A stretch of DNA of 64,000 bases, taken from the NCBI GenBank assembly GCA_963711365.1, contig CAVQDY010000015.1:170376-234375 (forward strand), in the 5' to 3' direction. Source of the DNA: Terriglobia bacterium. GTDB taxonomy: Bacteria; Acidobacteriota; Terriglobia; Terriglobales; Acidobacteriaceae. Shown in pieces: positions 25,870 through 36,333 of this stretch (within the stretch, counting starts at the first letter, position 1; the number at the start of each line of letters is the position of its first letter). The position numbers were made by a program, and so were the translations under genes. Under the pieces are notes generated by a model. That model was not told the origin of the DNA, did not search any database, and was given only the letters and a program-made list of their open reading frames with translations.

Positions 25870-26901
25870 TTACTCTTTGCTTCCTGCTCGCGCAGGTACG
25901 CTGCAACCTTCGGCTTGCCGCCATATTCCGCCCACCCTGCCGGTGTTCCTTGCCACAGGATGTCCTTCATGTCCAGCCGTTGCGCCGCGCTCCACCAGCA
26001 ACCGGACCACCGCCTCATGTCCCGCTCCAGCCGCCTGATGCAACGGGGTGGTATGAGAATGCCCGCCTGGCGGGTTATAACGGTTCGGATCTTCGCCCGC
26101 ATCCAGCAGCATCCGCACAATTTCGATATGACCGTGATCCGCCGCCAGGCTGAGCGCCAGATGTCTGTCCAACGCACTCGCCAGCGGAAGCAATTGGCGC
26201 GCGTCTTCGATTCGTCCCAAAGCTGCCGCAATGGGCAAATCAATCTTGGCTCCGCGTTTGAGCAGAGCATGCAATGCTTCAAACTCCGCGTGTAACGCTG
26301 CGGCCAGGCTGGCGGCGTCAGGCCGCGCTCCAGAATCACAGAGCAGATCGATCAGCGCCACTTGCACCTGACACTGCCTCGGTACCATCCCCGTTGTGAC
26401 TAGCATCAGTGTTTCGTCGAGCGCGGCTTGGTCCACGCCGGCCTCGATGATGCTTCTTGCGACCTCAACAACGTTCTTCGGAAGCTTTCCACGGCGAATC
26501 GGATTCTCGGCCACAAACTCCAGCAGCGTCGGATTGCGAAAGTAATTTCCTCCTTCGAAAACCACGTGCTGCCGCGACAATTCCGGATACTGCGCCAAAT
26601 AAGCGCGCAACCCGGCGACGTCGCCCGCATCAAGCAGTTCCACCGCCCGGCGAAATCGCGCGTCTTCAATGCGTTCGTGATGCGGCAATTGCAACTGATC
26701 TGCGAGAGTCGGTTTTTCGATATGCCGCTTCAGTCTTGGCCAGCTCGGGAAGCCGTGTTCCCGGGCGATCGTAACCTGCGCATCGCTCAGGCTCAGTCTG
26801 GCAGTAAAGATTTCCGCATCCGCGGCTTTCTCGAAACCCGGATGGAACTCCCGGATGCGCTGCGCCGCTCGCGGATCTCGCCCCGCATGCTCCTTGAGCA
26901 A
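25870..26901 (-). CDS. Ankyrin-repeat protein, apparently frameshifted at the 3' end (and possibly the 5' end)
   Basis: The ORF carries ANK repeats (TPLHQAAGAGHEAVVRLLVERGA). After ...ERGA the expected continuation (R)LDMKDILWQGTPAGWAEYGGKPKVAAYLREQE... lies in another frame (ORF 25845-26339). ATG 26965, which has a GAAAGGAAG SD, is also out of frame. Confidence 0.7.
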   Translation of the reverse strand: MLKEHAGRDPRAAQRIREFHPGFEKAADAEIFTARLSLSDAQVTIAREHGFPSWPRLKRHIEKPTLADQLQLPHHERIEDARFRRAVELLDAGDVAGLRAYLAQYPELSRQHVVFEGGNYFRNPTLLEFVAENPIRRGKLPKNVVEVARSIIEAGVDQAALDETLMLVTTGMVPRQCQVQVALIDLLCDSGARPDAASLAAALHAEFEALHALLKRGAKIDLPIAAALGRIEDARQLLPLASALDRHLALSLAADHGHIEIVRMLLDAGEDPNRYNPPGGHSHTTPLHQAAGAGHEAVVRLLVERGATAGHEGHPVARNTGRVGGIWRQAEGCSVPARAGSKE

Positions 26902-27150
26902 GTCTTTCGCTTGATATTTCAGGTGAACGAGGCTGGGATTTTCTGGGAGAGCGTTTAACTGGCATGACGAACTTCCTTTCGTATGCCCAGGTCCGCATCT
27001 AAGGGCGAAAGTCAGTTCGTAAACAGCAGATTGTGACCAGCAGGTGGACTTCTGTCCTTTCCGCGGACCGGATGCGCCCTTTGCGCTCCGCCGATCTTAC
27101 CACGGAAACTTAGATCCAACGTTCCTTCGAAATCCACACTCCGCAGCGAC

Positions 27151-27194
27151 GTCATCCTGACCGGAGCCGTTTTTCCGGCGGAGGGAAGGATCTC
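27151..27194 (+). repeat. Third copy of the GTCATCCTGA-hairpin-GAAGGATCT element
   Basis: GTCATCCTGACCGGAGCCGTTTTTCCGGCGGAGGGAAGGATCTC, lying downstream of the NtrC-type regulator gene. Confidence 0.5.
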
Positions 27195-27232
27195 GGGTGC
27201 ACCGGTTGCCGCTGGAAAACTAGGCAGGGGCT

Positions 27233-28714
27233 CTACTGTAGCGCGTGGCTCGATGCCGCGGCCGTGCTCATTCCGATGTTGTATCGCTTCAACTTCCGAT
27301 AAAGCGTTGCCCGGCTGATCCCCAGCATCCGCCCGGCAAGCGCCTTGTCGCCTTTCACTTGCTCAAAGACACGTTGGATGGTCGCCCGTTCAATGTCTTC
27401 CAGATCGGTCGTCGAGAGCGGCGCGCGCGGAGCCTCGGCCAAAGCGACTTCTCCGCCCAGATCAGGGTCGAATAATTCCTTCGATGCTGCCTGCATCACC
27501 GGTCCCGACGGCGCGTCGAATCCCGACGCAATCGATGGCGGCAGATCGCCGAGATCGATCACCTGTCCATTCCCAAGGGCTACTGCGCGCTCCACGCAAT
27601 TCTCCAACTCCCGGACGTTCCCCGGCCACTCGTATTGCGCCAGCGCTTTCATGGCGGCACTGGTCACGTGCAACTCTGAGCCCGATGCGTAGCGCTCCAG
27701 AAACCAATGCACCAGCATGGGAATATCGCTACACCGCTCGCGTAATGACGGCACGTATAACGTCACCACATTAAGACGGAAGTAAAGGTCTTTGCGGAAC
27801 GTTCCATTCTTATACGCCGCTTCCAGGTCGCGATTGGTCGCCGCGATCACGCGCACATCGACCTTCGTCCGCTGATTGCTGCCCACCGGACGCACTTCCT
27901 TCTCCTGCAATACCCGCAACAGCTTGGCTTGCAGTTCCATCGGCAGTTCGCCGACCTCATCGAGAAAAATCGTCCCGCCATCCGCCGCCTGGAACAATCC
28001 CTGCTTCGATTTCAGCGCTCCCGTGAAAGCGCCTTTTTCGTAGCCGAAGAGTTCGCTCTCAATCAGCGTTGGCACCAGCGATCCGCAATCGACCGCCACA
28101 AATGGACTTTTAGCGAACGCTCCCCGAAAATGCATCGCACGCGCCACTAGTTCCTTGCCCGTACCGCTCTCCCCATAAATCAGCACCGGCGTGCGCGTAT
28201 CTTTCAGCCGCGCCACCATGCGCAGCACTTCCTGAATCCGAGCGGACGATCCTACGATGCCGTGAACGGCGGTTTCTGAATCGGTCCTCTGGCGCAGGAA
28301 TTCGTTCTCTTCTACCAGCCGTATCTTCTCCGCCATGCGCCGCAAGAACAGCCGCAATTCCTCCAGCGGAGAGAACGGCTTGGTGATGTAGTCGTATGCT
28401 CCCAGCTTCATTGCCTGCACGGCGGTTTCAATCGACCCGTGGCCCGTCATCAATGCCACTTCCGTGCGCGGCAGCAGTTTCTTCACCTTCTCCAAAAACT
28501 CCAGCCCCGACATGTGCGGCATCACCATGTCGGTCAGAACCATATGCACGGGCTGCTCTTCCAGCAGCGCGAGCGCCGACTCGCCGCTCTCGGCTTCGAG
28601 ACAGACGAATCCCAGGGCCTCGCCCACCGTTGAGCAAAGTTTTCGAATCGTCTGCTCGTCATCCACAATCAGCAGCCGTATGCGGAGATCGTCTTTCGTT
28701 CCTGCGTTATTCAC
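27233..28714 (-). CDS. Sigma-54-dependent response regulator (NtrC family: REC + AAA+ + Fis-type HTH)
   Basis: 493 aa with REC (LIVDDE..., TDMVMP), Walker A GESGTGKE, the GAFTGA loop and a C-terminal HTH. The GTG start overlaps the upstream stop. Confidence 0.93.
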   Translation of the reverse strand: MNNAGTKDDLRIRLLIVDDEQTIRKLCSTVGEALGFVCLEAESGESALALLEEQPVHMVLTDMVMPHMSGLEFLEKVKKLLPRTEVALMTGHGSIETAVQAMKLGAYDYITKPFSPLEELRLFLRRMAEKIRLVEENEFLRQRTDSETAVHGIVGSSARIQEVLRMVARLKDTRTPVLIYGESGTGKELVARAMHFRGAFAKSPFVAVDCGSLVPTLIESELFGYEKGAFTGALKSKQGLFQAADGGTIFLDEVGELPMELQAKLLRVLQEKEVRPVGSNQRTKVDVRVIAATNRDLEAAYKNGTFRKDLYFRLNVVTLYVPSLRERCSDIPMLVHWFLERYASGSELHVTSAAMKALAQYEWPGNVRELENCVERAVALGNGQVIDLGDLPPSIASGFDAPSGPVMQAASKELFDPDLGGEVALAEAPRAPLSTTDLEDIERATIQRVFEQVKGDKALAGRMLGISRATLYRKLKRYNIGMSTAAASSHALQ

Positions 28715-29112
28715 TCGGCCTTCCCAAAGGTCTTCGCGACCACATCAATAAACTGCTGCACCCGAAATGGTTTTTCCACGCAAGGCGCTCCGGTTTCCCG
28801 CAACGTTGCTACCGTCTCATCGTTCGCAATATCGCCCGTAATGAACACCACGCGATTCGCCAGGTCGGGACGGTGCCTCGCGATCCAGGCATGCACCTGT
28901 CCTCCATCCACGCCGCCGGGCGTGCGCATGTCCGAAACCACGCCCAGAAACGATCCATTTTCGAGCAGGCGCAGCGCATCCACCCCCGACTCGCAACACA
29001 CCACCGGATATCCGCTGCGTTCCAGGGCAGCTTGTACGTACGCCATCACGGCCGGCTCATCCTCGATGAGCAGCACAGGCAGGGGCTGAGATCTCAACGC
29101 TGGTAGGCTCAT
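28711..29112 (-). CDS. Single-domain response regulator (REC)
   Basis: 133 aa with LLIEDEP...VSDMRTPG...EKPF. It shares 4-nt overlaps with both neighbours. Confidence 0.88.
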   Translation of the reverse strand: MSLPALRSQPLPVLLIEDEPAVMAYVQAALERSGYPVVCCESGVDALRLLENGSFLGVVSDMRTPGGVDGGQVHAWIARHRPDLANRVVFITGDIANDETVATLRETGAPCVEKPFRVQQFIDVVAKTFGKAE

Positions 29113-32100
29113 GGTTGTTTTACTCCTGCCGCCACACCGATTGACGCAGTATGCGGCGCCGCGGGCAGGCGGACTATGAACGTGGCTCCCGTCCCCCCGA
29201 TGTTGTTGTGGCAGTGAATCTCTCCGCCGTGTTCTTTCACGATGCCGTAACAGATACTGAGTCCCAGGCCCGTCCCTTTTCCCACTTCTTTCGTGGTAAA
29301 GAACGGATCGAAGATCTTGTCCGGATGCGAGATTCCGTTCCCGTTGTCCGAGAACGAAACTTCCACCCCATCCCCGGCCTTGGTCGACATAATCTCAATT
29401 CGAGCCGGACGCCCTACTTCCCGCACAGCGTCATACGCATTGTTCAGAATGTTGAGGAATACCTGCTGCAGTTGATGGGCATCGCCGACTACGTCAGGCA
29501 ATCCCTCGTCCAGATGTTCAATGACATCTACCCCATGACTGTTGAAGTCATAGGAGCGTAGCTGGATCGTTCGCCGCAGGATCGAGTTCAACTGCAGCGG
29601 ATTGCGCTGCGGCGGCATCTGCCGGGCGAAACTGAGCAGATTCTGCACGATCTGCTTCGTCCGTTGCGCCTCTTGCAGAATGACGCGCAGATCTTTGCGC
29701 GCCGTTTCCGGCAGATCCGGATTCTCCATCAGCAGATCGGCAAAACCCAGAATCGCCGTCAGCGGATTGTTTACTTCATGGGCCACCCCCGACACCAGTT
29801 GCCCCACCGCTGCCATCTTCTCGGCGTGCACCAGCTTGTCACGCAGGACGGCAGAATCGGTGATGTCGGTCAGGACCGCGACAATACTCGTGACCAATCC
29901 CTGCTCGTCGCGCATGGGGCTGAGATTCGCCGAAAATTTTCCCGCCACTCCGGTGCGCCGCATAATCTCCAGTTCCAGATTGTCGACTTGCTGTCCGCTC
30001 AAGGTGCTCTGCACCGCATCCGCTAAGGGACGCGTAAATCCCGGCGCCGCCAGCTCCAGCAACGGACGCCCCAGCAACTCCCGCTGTTCAAATCCGGCAT
30101 CGTACCAGCGCTGGTTCGCATAGCTGATCAATCCAGCCGTATCCGCAACCAGAATATGGCTCTGCGTATTGCTCAGAATCTTTCCCGAAAAATCGCGCTC
30201 GCGATGCAGTTCCGACTGGTACGTCCGAAGTCCGGTTACGTCCAGCATCAGCCCGCGAATCTGCAGCAGCCGTCCCATGCTGTCATGCAGCCCGAATGCG
30301 TTGATCAGTACGTGGATCGGCGATCCATCTTTCCGCCGGAGCGTCGCTTCGAAGTTCCTGAGATGGCCCAACTCCTCCATCATGTGCGCGTGATGCTGGC
30401 GTTGATCCAGCGTCATATAAAGCTGCGTGGGAATGTCGACCTGCAACAGTTCCTCGCGGCTGGCATAGCCCAGCATGCGCACCATGGCGTCATTTACTTC
30501 CACAAAGCGGCCAGCCGGCGTACTGAAGAACAAGCCTTCCTGTATGTTGTCGAAGAGTTCGCGATAACGGCGCTCCGCCTCGCTGCGATCCGAAATATCC
30601 TTCAAGACGTGGATCGTCTGCATCGCCTCGCTCGACGCGCCGTGCACCCGTGAAGTCGAGACCAGGTAGGTGCGATCGAATACGGGGTGCGCGAATTCGC
30701 CCGTCTCATCTCCCAGGGATCGGCAGAACGGGCACGAATAAGACGCAGCATCGGTCGTGAGTGCCATCAGCGCCCGCATGTCGATTCCAATCAACTCCGC
30801 CGGCGCCACTCCAATCATCTCGGCCAGCGACCGGTTCACTCGCAGAACTTTATCGGACTGGTCATGCACTACGATGAAGTCTGAGATCGCGTCAAAAATT
30901 TCGGTCCAGTGGCGATTCGACCGCTCAATGCTGGTGAACAGCCGCGCATTCTCCAGCGCCATCGCCGCGTGGCCCGCGATGGTCTCAAGAAAACTGCGGT
31001 CTGCCTGCTGCAACGGCGTCGCGCCCTCCGCCAAACAGAGCAGACCACTCAATTCTCCGTCACGCCGTGACAGCCGAACTAACGTGCATTGCGGCCAGCG
31101 TAGAACTGCCGCTGCTCCCGCTCCCAGAATCTGCTCTCCCGGTCCGCAGACGACATTCCCCGGATTTCGTCTCACAAACTCAGATAACGCCGCCGATAAG
31201 TCGCGCTCGACCTCTCGCTCCAGCAGTGCATCAGGCTGCCCTTGTTCCGTCCCAGGTTCTTTGCCGGCCAGACCGCTCGCCGTCATATCCTTTTCTTGCT
31301 GACTGGTTGCGGAAAAGGGAACGATTTCCAGCGCCGATGGCGCCAAAGCCAGTCTTTGCTGATGCAAGGCCAATACCTGCCAACGCTCTTTCTGAAATAG
31401 GGCCAGCAGTCCTCCGCGCGATCCCATGACTTCCACCGTGCGGCACACGAATCTGCGCGCGAACTCCGGAAGGTGCAGCACGCCGTCGATCTCGCGCGCC
31501 AGATCGACCAACACTTCCGCCTGTCGCCGGTGTTGCTCCGACAGGTGTAGACTGTGCGCCGCCTCCAGCATGACCGCAGCCTGGTTCGAAAGCGCCCGCG
31601 CCCGTCGTATATCTTCCTGCGAAATTCCCGTTCCATCCAGCCGGTCCAGCAGACCGAACATCCCTAACAATGTCCCGCCTGCTCCTAACAGAGGAACCGC
31701 CAGGAATTGATGAACTTTATACTTCGACACCACTTCGAGATTCGCGCCCGGAGTGCGGCTGGCCTCGTCCGTCCAGAAAACTTCTTTTGCTCTCAGCGCC
31801 TTAGTCGCAATTCCTTCGGGAAAAAGATTATCGACTTTCTGCGGCTCGCCCTTCTCGACCGCATACCGCACCTGAAAATGGTCATCTTCCAGGAGCGCGA
31901 TGAAACACCGTCCGTAGCCCAGGAAGCCGGAGGCGCGGATCACAAAGGTCTGCAGAAAGTGATCCAGATCGTCCGTGGAATTCAGTTCTGAGGAAATCTC
32001 CAGAAGTTGATGCAGTTCCTGGGCTTGCGCGTGGGCCGTAGCATGCAACTCGGCGTGGGCGACAGCCACTGCTCCAAAGCCGGCAATCGCGGCGACCAGC

Positions 32101-33122
32101 GCCCGCTCTTCCGTAGTAAATGTCCCATCCTGCCGGGGATAAATCAGGATTGCGCCTTGCGTTCGCGCCGTGCGGAACGGAGCCGCAATCAGCATTCCCG
32201 CAGAAACCAGGTTGCCCAATGAGTGCACGTCCGCACCGATCGAAAGTGTCAGCGGTTCCCCCGCCGCTACCGCGCGTTGCGCCAGGTCGGCCGCAAAGCG
32301 CAGCGTCTGCCGGTCATGTCGAGCCCGCGCCGCTGTCGCCAGATGCGGTGTCTCCGCCGACACAGCCTTCAGCTCGAACGGTCCTTCGCGCCGCAGCAGC
32401 ACGCAAACCAGTTTGGTCCGCAGCAGCAAGCGCAAACGGTCGGCCAGAGCTTCGATCACGGCTCCCACATCCGGACTGCCATGCAGCGCATGCGCTACAT
32501 CCGCCAGAATCTCTGCCCGCCGGTGCTCCTCGCGTGAGGCTTCGCTCAGCCTCGCTGCCTCGATAAAACTCCCCAGATGCCCCGCCAGTATCGTCGCTTT
32601 GGCCGCCAGATCCTGGGTGAAGAAATCATCCTTCGAGTCATGCAGGAAGGTTACTGCTCCAATCACCTCATTGGAGACCACCAAAGGTGCCGACATCAGA
32701 GATCGAGCCTCAAACTCTTTCGCAATGGGAAACGCCGCATTGTTCACGTGATTGGCGAAGATTGTTCGGCGCTGCCTCACTGCCTCCGCTGTTACCGTGC
32801 TCTGTTCCGGACGCAACCGTATCCCGGCAAAGTCCTCCGCCATCTTTCCGTTAGCGCGCTCGCCGATCAGTTCCTCTGCCGAGGATCGCCGCCAAAAATA
32901 GACTCCTGAAACCTGGAAGAAATCTCGCGTAACCCTGCAGAAAAAATCGATGAGGGTGTTGGAGTCACAACGTTCCCCTGCCTTGGCGGCGACGCTCAGT
33001 AGCAGCTGTTGAAAGTCCTCGTCAGACCCGCGAGGAGTACTGCTTCCCTGGGGAATGACCGGGCTGCCAACTGAAGCTCCAATCCCTGCACCGATAGCGG
33101 AGGAATAGTTTGATTGATTCAC
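29109..33122 (-). CDS. Multi-sensor histidine kinase (several GAF and PAS domains, HisKA, HATPase_c)
   Basis: 1337 aa with H-box HEVNNPLTAILGF, N-box NILNNAYDAV and G-boxes DNGNGI / GTGLGLSI. GAF- and PAS-like modules lie upstream. Confidence 0.9.
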   Translation of the reverse strand: MNQSNYSSAIGAGIGASVGSPVIPQGSSTPRGSDEDFQQLLLSVAAKAGERCDSNTLIDFFCRVTRDFFQVSGVYFWRRSSAEELIGERANGKMAEDFAGIRLRPEQSTVTAEAVRQRRTIFANHVNNAAFPIAKEFEARSLMSAPLVVSNEVIGAVTFLHDSKDDFFTQDLAAKATILAGHLGSFIEAARLSEASREEHRRAEILADVAHALHGSPDVGAVIEALADRLRLLLRTKLVCVLLRREGPFELKAVSAETPHLATAARARHDRQTLRFAADLAQRAVAAGEPLTLSIGADVHSLGNLVSAGMLIAAPFRTARTQGAILIYPRQDGTFTTEERALVAAIAGFGAVAVAHAELHATAHAQAQELHQLLEISSELNSTDDLDHFLQTFVIRASGFLGYGRCFIALLEDDHFQVRYAVEKGEPQKVDNLFPEGIATKALRAKEVFWTDEASRTPGANLEVVSKYKVHQFLAVPLLGAGGTLLGMFGLLDRLDGTGISQEDIRRARALSNQAAVMLEAAHSLHLSEQHRRQAEVLVDLAREIDGVLHLPEFARRFVCRTVEVMGSRGGLLALFQKERWQVLALHQQRLALAPSALEIVPFSATSQQEKDMTASGLAGKEPGTEQGQPDALLEREVERDLSAALSEFVRRNPGNVVCGPGEQILGAGAAAVLRWPQCTLVRLSRRDGELSGLLCLAEGATPLQQADRSFLETIAGHAAMALENARLFTSIERSNRHWTEIFDAISDFIVVHDQSDKVLRVNRSLAEMIGVAPAELIGIDMRALMALTTDAASYSCPFCRSLGDETGEFAHPVFDRTYLVSTSRVHGASSEAMQTIHVLKDISDRSEAERRYRELFDNIQEGLFFSTPAGRFVEVNDAMVRMLGYASREELLQVDIPTQLYMTLDQRQHHAHMMEELGHLRNFEATLRRKDGSPIHVLINAFGLHDSMGRLLQIRGLMLDVTGLRTYQSELHRERDFSGKILSNTQSHILVADTAGLISYANQRWYDAGFEQRELLGRPLLELAAPGFTRPLADAVQSTLSGQQVDNLELEIMRRTGVAGKFSANLSPMRDEQGLVTSIVAVLTDITDSAVLRDKLVHAEKMAAVGQLVSGVAHEVNNPLTAILGFADLLMENPDLPETARKDLRVILQEAQRTKQIVQNLLSFARQMPPQRNPLQLNSILRRTIQLRSYDFNSHGVDVIEHLDEGLPDVVGDAHQLQQVFLNILNNAYDAVREVGRPARIEIMSTKAGDGVEVSFSDNGNGISHPDKIFDPFFTTKEVGKGTGLGLSICYGIVKEHGGEIHCHNNIGGTGATFIVRLPAAPHTASIGVAAGVKQP

Positions 33123-33434
33123 AAGTGCTTGAATCTACTTGGGAAATTATCTGCCATCTCATTTTGAGTCAAGGGAATTGGGGGGAGGGGTGCCTTTCTG
33201 TGAAATCCCGTGACTCGGGATGAGATTTCGTCTCACCCTGAGAAACACTAACCCGTTTTTGACGAATGAGACACGACTAATTCCTCAATGTGCCTTTGAA
33301 GGTATCTATTGCAGCCGATAACTAATCTTCTTTCAGCCGCTTACAGCTTATTACTTTGGTTTTTTCAGGAAGGTTCCCTTGGCCCAGCCCGTGCACCATC
33401 GGGCTTGCTCCAGATTCGTGTTCCAGGAGGATCT

Positions 33435-33788
33435 GTGTCTCAAAGAATTGCGGCAGCTCTGCTGGCTGTCATAGCACTGTGCGCAGCTCTCTTTCCACAC
33501 CCGGCCGCGGCGCAGACCGCGCAGACGGCTCAGAACGATGAGATCGTCCGCCGGGCTAAAACCAAGGTCCAGCCGGCATATCCGGAACTAGCAAGAAGGA
33601 TGCAGATCTCCGGAACCGTCAAGATCGAGGTCACCGTAGCTCCCAACGGATCCGTGAAAGAAGCTCGCATCGTTGGGGGTCACCCGGTTTTAGCAAACGC
33701 AGCGCTCGATGCTGCTAAGAAATGGCGCTTTGATCCCGCGCCCAGCGAGAGCTCAGGAATCATCGACTTCAAGTTTGAGCCGCGGTAA
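33435..33788 (+). CDS. Secreted TonB C-terminal-domain protein
   Basis: I place the start at GTG 33435 because of the GGAGG 5 nt upstream. It has a signal peptide (AAALLAVIALCAALF...AAAQ) and a TonB_C region (PAYPELARRMQISGTVKIEVTV...). There is no proline-rich or TM anchor region. Confidence 0.7.
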   Translation: MSQRIAAALLAVIALCAALFPHPAAAQTAQTAQNDEIVRRAKTKVQPAYPELARRMQISGTVKIEVTVAPNGSVKEARIVGGHPVLANAALDAAKKWRFDPAPSESSGIIDFKFEPR

Positions 33789-33814
33789 TTGGCTGACCCG
33801 CGGAGGAGACAGGC

Positions 33815-35800
33815 ATGACTATCGGCAAGAAGTTGTACATGAATTTCGGCATCATCCTCACTATGGTGCTGGCGTTGTTCCTCGTCAACTGGAGAGCGGT
33901 CCAGCGCGAGCATGACGCCAAAAAGGCGGCCCAGCAATCGCTCGACCTGGCCGATGCCACCAATGCCGTTCGCTTCCAGATGATGCAAAACCGTCTCTAC
34001 CTGAGCAACTACTTGCTGAGCGGCGACACCCGCGAAGTCGATCGCATGAACGAGGGCCTGCGCACCCTCAACGAGAAGCTCGAACAGGGCAAGACCCTGG
34101 CCAATGACGAGCAGGTCAAGACCTCGCTCACCAAGGTCCAGCAACTGGAGCAGTCCTGGGGCAAGGAATTCGCCCAGCCCCTGATTGAAAAGCGCAAAGA
34201 CGTCGATTCCGGCAACGCCACCGTCGCCGAACTCCAGATCTATTACCTCCAGAAAGATGCCTCGTCCTGGGTCAAGAACTCCACCGACTCGCTCGACCTC
34301 GCCGACGGTGAAAATCACAAACTGCTGGACGAGCGCCGCAACTCCGACGAGAGCGCCGCCAACTGGACCATCGGGATCTCGCTGGTCAGTACTCTCATCG
34401 CCCTCGGCGTGGGTGCCTTCGTGGCCTACCGCACCGCCAAAGGCATCACTCAACCTCTCACCAACCTCATGAACGTCGCCCGTGCCATCGGCAATACTGG
34501 CGACCTCGAACACAATATCGATCTCAACCGCGATGATGAAATTGGCGAACTCGCCCGCACCTTCCACAAGATGGTGACCTACCTCAAGGAGATGGCTGGC
34601 GTTTCTGAAGCCATCGCCGGCGGCGACCTCACTCTGGAAGTGAAACCCCGCTCCTCCCACGACACCCTGGGCAATGCTTTCGCCAGGATGGTCGAAGGAC
34701 TTGCCGGGTTGGTGCGCAGCGTGCGCGACGCTTCGTCGCAAGTCGCCAGCGCCTCCAATCAGGTGGCCGGAGCGTCTGACGATTCCGCCAAAATCGGGCT
34801 GCAGGCTTCTTCCGCCATCGATGAAGTCACCAGCACCATGCACGAGATGAGCGTTAACGTGCAGAACATGGTGAAGAGCACGCAGGTCCAGGCTTCCAGC
34901 GTCAGCGAGACTTCGGCCTCCATCGATCAGATGGTTGCCTCCATTCAGCGCGTCGCCGACACGGCTAAGGTCCTGCTCGATATCTCCAACCGCTCCCGCG
35001 AGGAAGTGCACAACGGCATCGGCACCATGGAGAAGGCGACCGATGGCCTCAACCGCATCAATACCACCATCAATTCCTCCGGTGAGATCATCGGAGCCCT
35101 CGGCCAGCGCGCCGACGATATCGGCAAGATCATCGAAGTCATCGACGATCTGGCCGAGCAGACCAACCTGCTGGCTCTCAACGCCGCCATCGAAGCTGCC
35201 CGCGCCGGAGAGCATGGCCTCGGCTTTGCCGTGGTCGCCGACGAAGTGCGCAAGCTGGCGGAAAAATCCGCCCAGTCCACCAAGGAAATTTCTGAACTCA
35301 TTCAGAGCATTCAGAAGGAAGCCCGCAAGGCCGTCGAGAATATGGACCGTTCCACCTCCATCGTTAATGAAGGTCTTGAATTGGGTGGAGAACTGAACTC
35401 GGCATTGAAGAAGATCTCGAACGTGGTCACCGAGGTCTACAAGTTTGCTCAGGAAATCGGTGCGGCCACCAACGAGCAGTCTCACGGCTCTTCCCAGATC
35501 GCCCGCGCCACCACCCGCCTGAACGAAATCACCCACGAAATCAATTCGGCGGTCGAAGAACAGGCCTCGGGCGCTCAGGCCGTTGTGAAGGCCATGGAAC
35601 GCATGCGCGAACTGGTACAGCAGTCGACTTCCAGTTCCACCGAACTGGCAGCTTCGTCCGAACAGATGTCGAAGATGTCGCGCAGTCTGCTCGACTTCAT
35701 CGACCGCTTCGCTCTGGCAGAAGCAGGACGCGGCGGTTCGTCCGCCTCGGAACAGGCGAGTCGCAACGCCAAGCGGGCCGCTGCCGGAGCCCAGTTCTAA
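33815..35800 (+). CDS. Methyl-accepting chemotaxis protein (helical periplasmic sensor, HAMP, MA domain)
   Basis: 661 aa with two TM segments, HAMP ([14 protein letters not shown]) and the conserved signalling hairpin ([32 protein letters not shown]). Confidence 0.93.
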   Translation: MTIGKKLYMNFGIILTMVLALFLVNWRAVQREHDAKKAAQQSLDLADATNAVRFQMMQNRLYLSNYLLSGDTREVDRMNEGLRTLNEKLEQGKTLANDEQVKTSLTKVQQLEQSWGKEFAQPLIEKRKDVDSGNATVAELQIYYLQKDASSWVKNSTDSLDLADGENHKLLDERRNSDESAANWTIGISLVSTLIALGVGAFVAYRTAKGITQPLTNLMNVARAIGNTGDLEHNIDLNRDDEIGELARTFHKMVTYLKEMAGVSEAIAGGDLTLEVKPRSSHDTLGNAFARMVEGLAGLVRSVRDASSQVASASNQVAGASDDSAKIGLQASSAIDEVTSTMHEMSVNVQNMVKSTQVQASSVSETSASIDQMVASIQRVADTAKVLLDISNRSREEVHNGIGTMEKATDGLNRINTTINSSGEIIGALGQRADDIGKIIEVIDDLAEQTNLLALNAAIEAARAGEHGLGFAVVADEVRKLAEKSAQSTKEISELIQSIQKEARKAVENMDRSTSIVNEGLELGGELNSALKKISNVVTEVYKFAQEIGAATNEQSHGSSQIARATTRLNEITHEINSAVEEQASGAQAVVKAMERMRELVQQSTSSSTELAASSEQMSKMSRSLLDFIDRFALAEAGRGGSSASEQASRNAKRAAAGAQF

Positions 35801-35824
35801 GCGCCGTCGCAAGGAGCCTCAATC

Positions 35825-36328
35825 ATGAGCCGAGAACTCCATATCGTCGGTTTTCAGGTGGGCCGCGAAACTTACGGCGTGCCCATCACCTCCCTGCACG
35901 AAATCGTGCGGGTGCCCGAAATTACTGCCGTGCCCGATGCGCCCGATTACCTCGAAGGTGTCATCAACCTGCGCGGCAAGATTGTTTCCGTCATGGACCT
36001 GCGCAAGCGCTTCGGGGAGAAGCAGGCTACGGTGAAGAAACACAACCGCATCCTGGTCGTCGAGCATGCCGGCAGGCTGGCCGGCCTCATCGTCGATTCG
36101 GCTTCCGAAGTTCTCAAGATCCCTGCCGATGCGGTCGAAGTTCCGCCAGCCGTTTTTCAGGAAGGCGGGTTGAACTGCGTGACTGGCCTGGGCAAAGTCA
36201 ATGGACGCTTGGTCGTCCTGCTCGATATGAGCAAATTGCTCGCTCCCGCCAGTCTGCAAATGAAGAGTGAAGCCGGGGACAAGAAGCCGGCCACCAAGCC
36301 CGAGGCCCGAGGCGCAACAGCGCGGTAG
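35825..36328 (+). CDS. cheW: Chemotaxis coupling protein CheW
   Basis: 167 aa with the CheW-like domain (YGVPITSLHEIVRVPEITAVPDAPDYLEGVINLRGKIV). Confidence 0.92.
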   Translation: MSRELHIVGFQVGRETYGVPITSLHEIVRVPEITAVPDAPDYLEGVINLRGKIVSVMDLRKRFGEKQATVKKHNRILVVEHAGRLAGLIVDSASEVLKIPADAVEVPPAVFQEGGLNCVTGLGKVNGRLVVLLDMSKLLAPASLQMKSEAGDKKPATKPEARGATAR

Positions 36329-36333
36329 GAAAG

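Noticed and set aside
33125-33165. A sigma-54 promoter for the kinase-REC-NtrC operon (TGGCAG-N5-TTCC on the minus strand, just upstream of GTG 33122).
   Set aside because: The -12 element is TTCC rather than TTGC, and it would leave a leader of only about 10 nt. That is too weak to call.
33205-33238. Two overlapping, mutually exclusive hairpins (ATCCCG-tgact-CGGGAT and GGGaTGAGA-tttcg-TCTCACCC) as an attenuator.
   Set aside because: They lie upstream of the only promoter-like element for the che operon, and neither is followed by a T-run. I could not assign a strand or a function.
33680-35812. A 710-aa ORF antisense to the MCP gene. Similar long antisense ORFs occur at 36340-37356, 37438-39114 and 39456-40430, opposite cheR, cheA and cheB.
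   Set aside because: Their composition is Gly/Ala/Asp/Leu/Val-rich low complexity with no recognisable domain. The sense strands encode full-length, textbook chemotaxis proteins. Long stop-free antisense frames are expected in GC-rich genes with Ala/Glu/Leu-rich helices.
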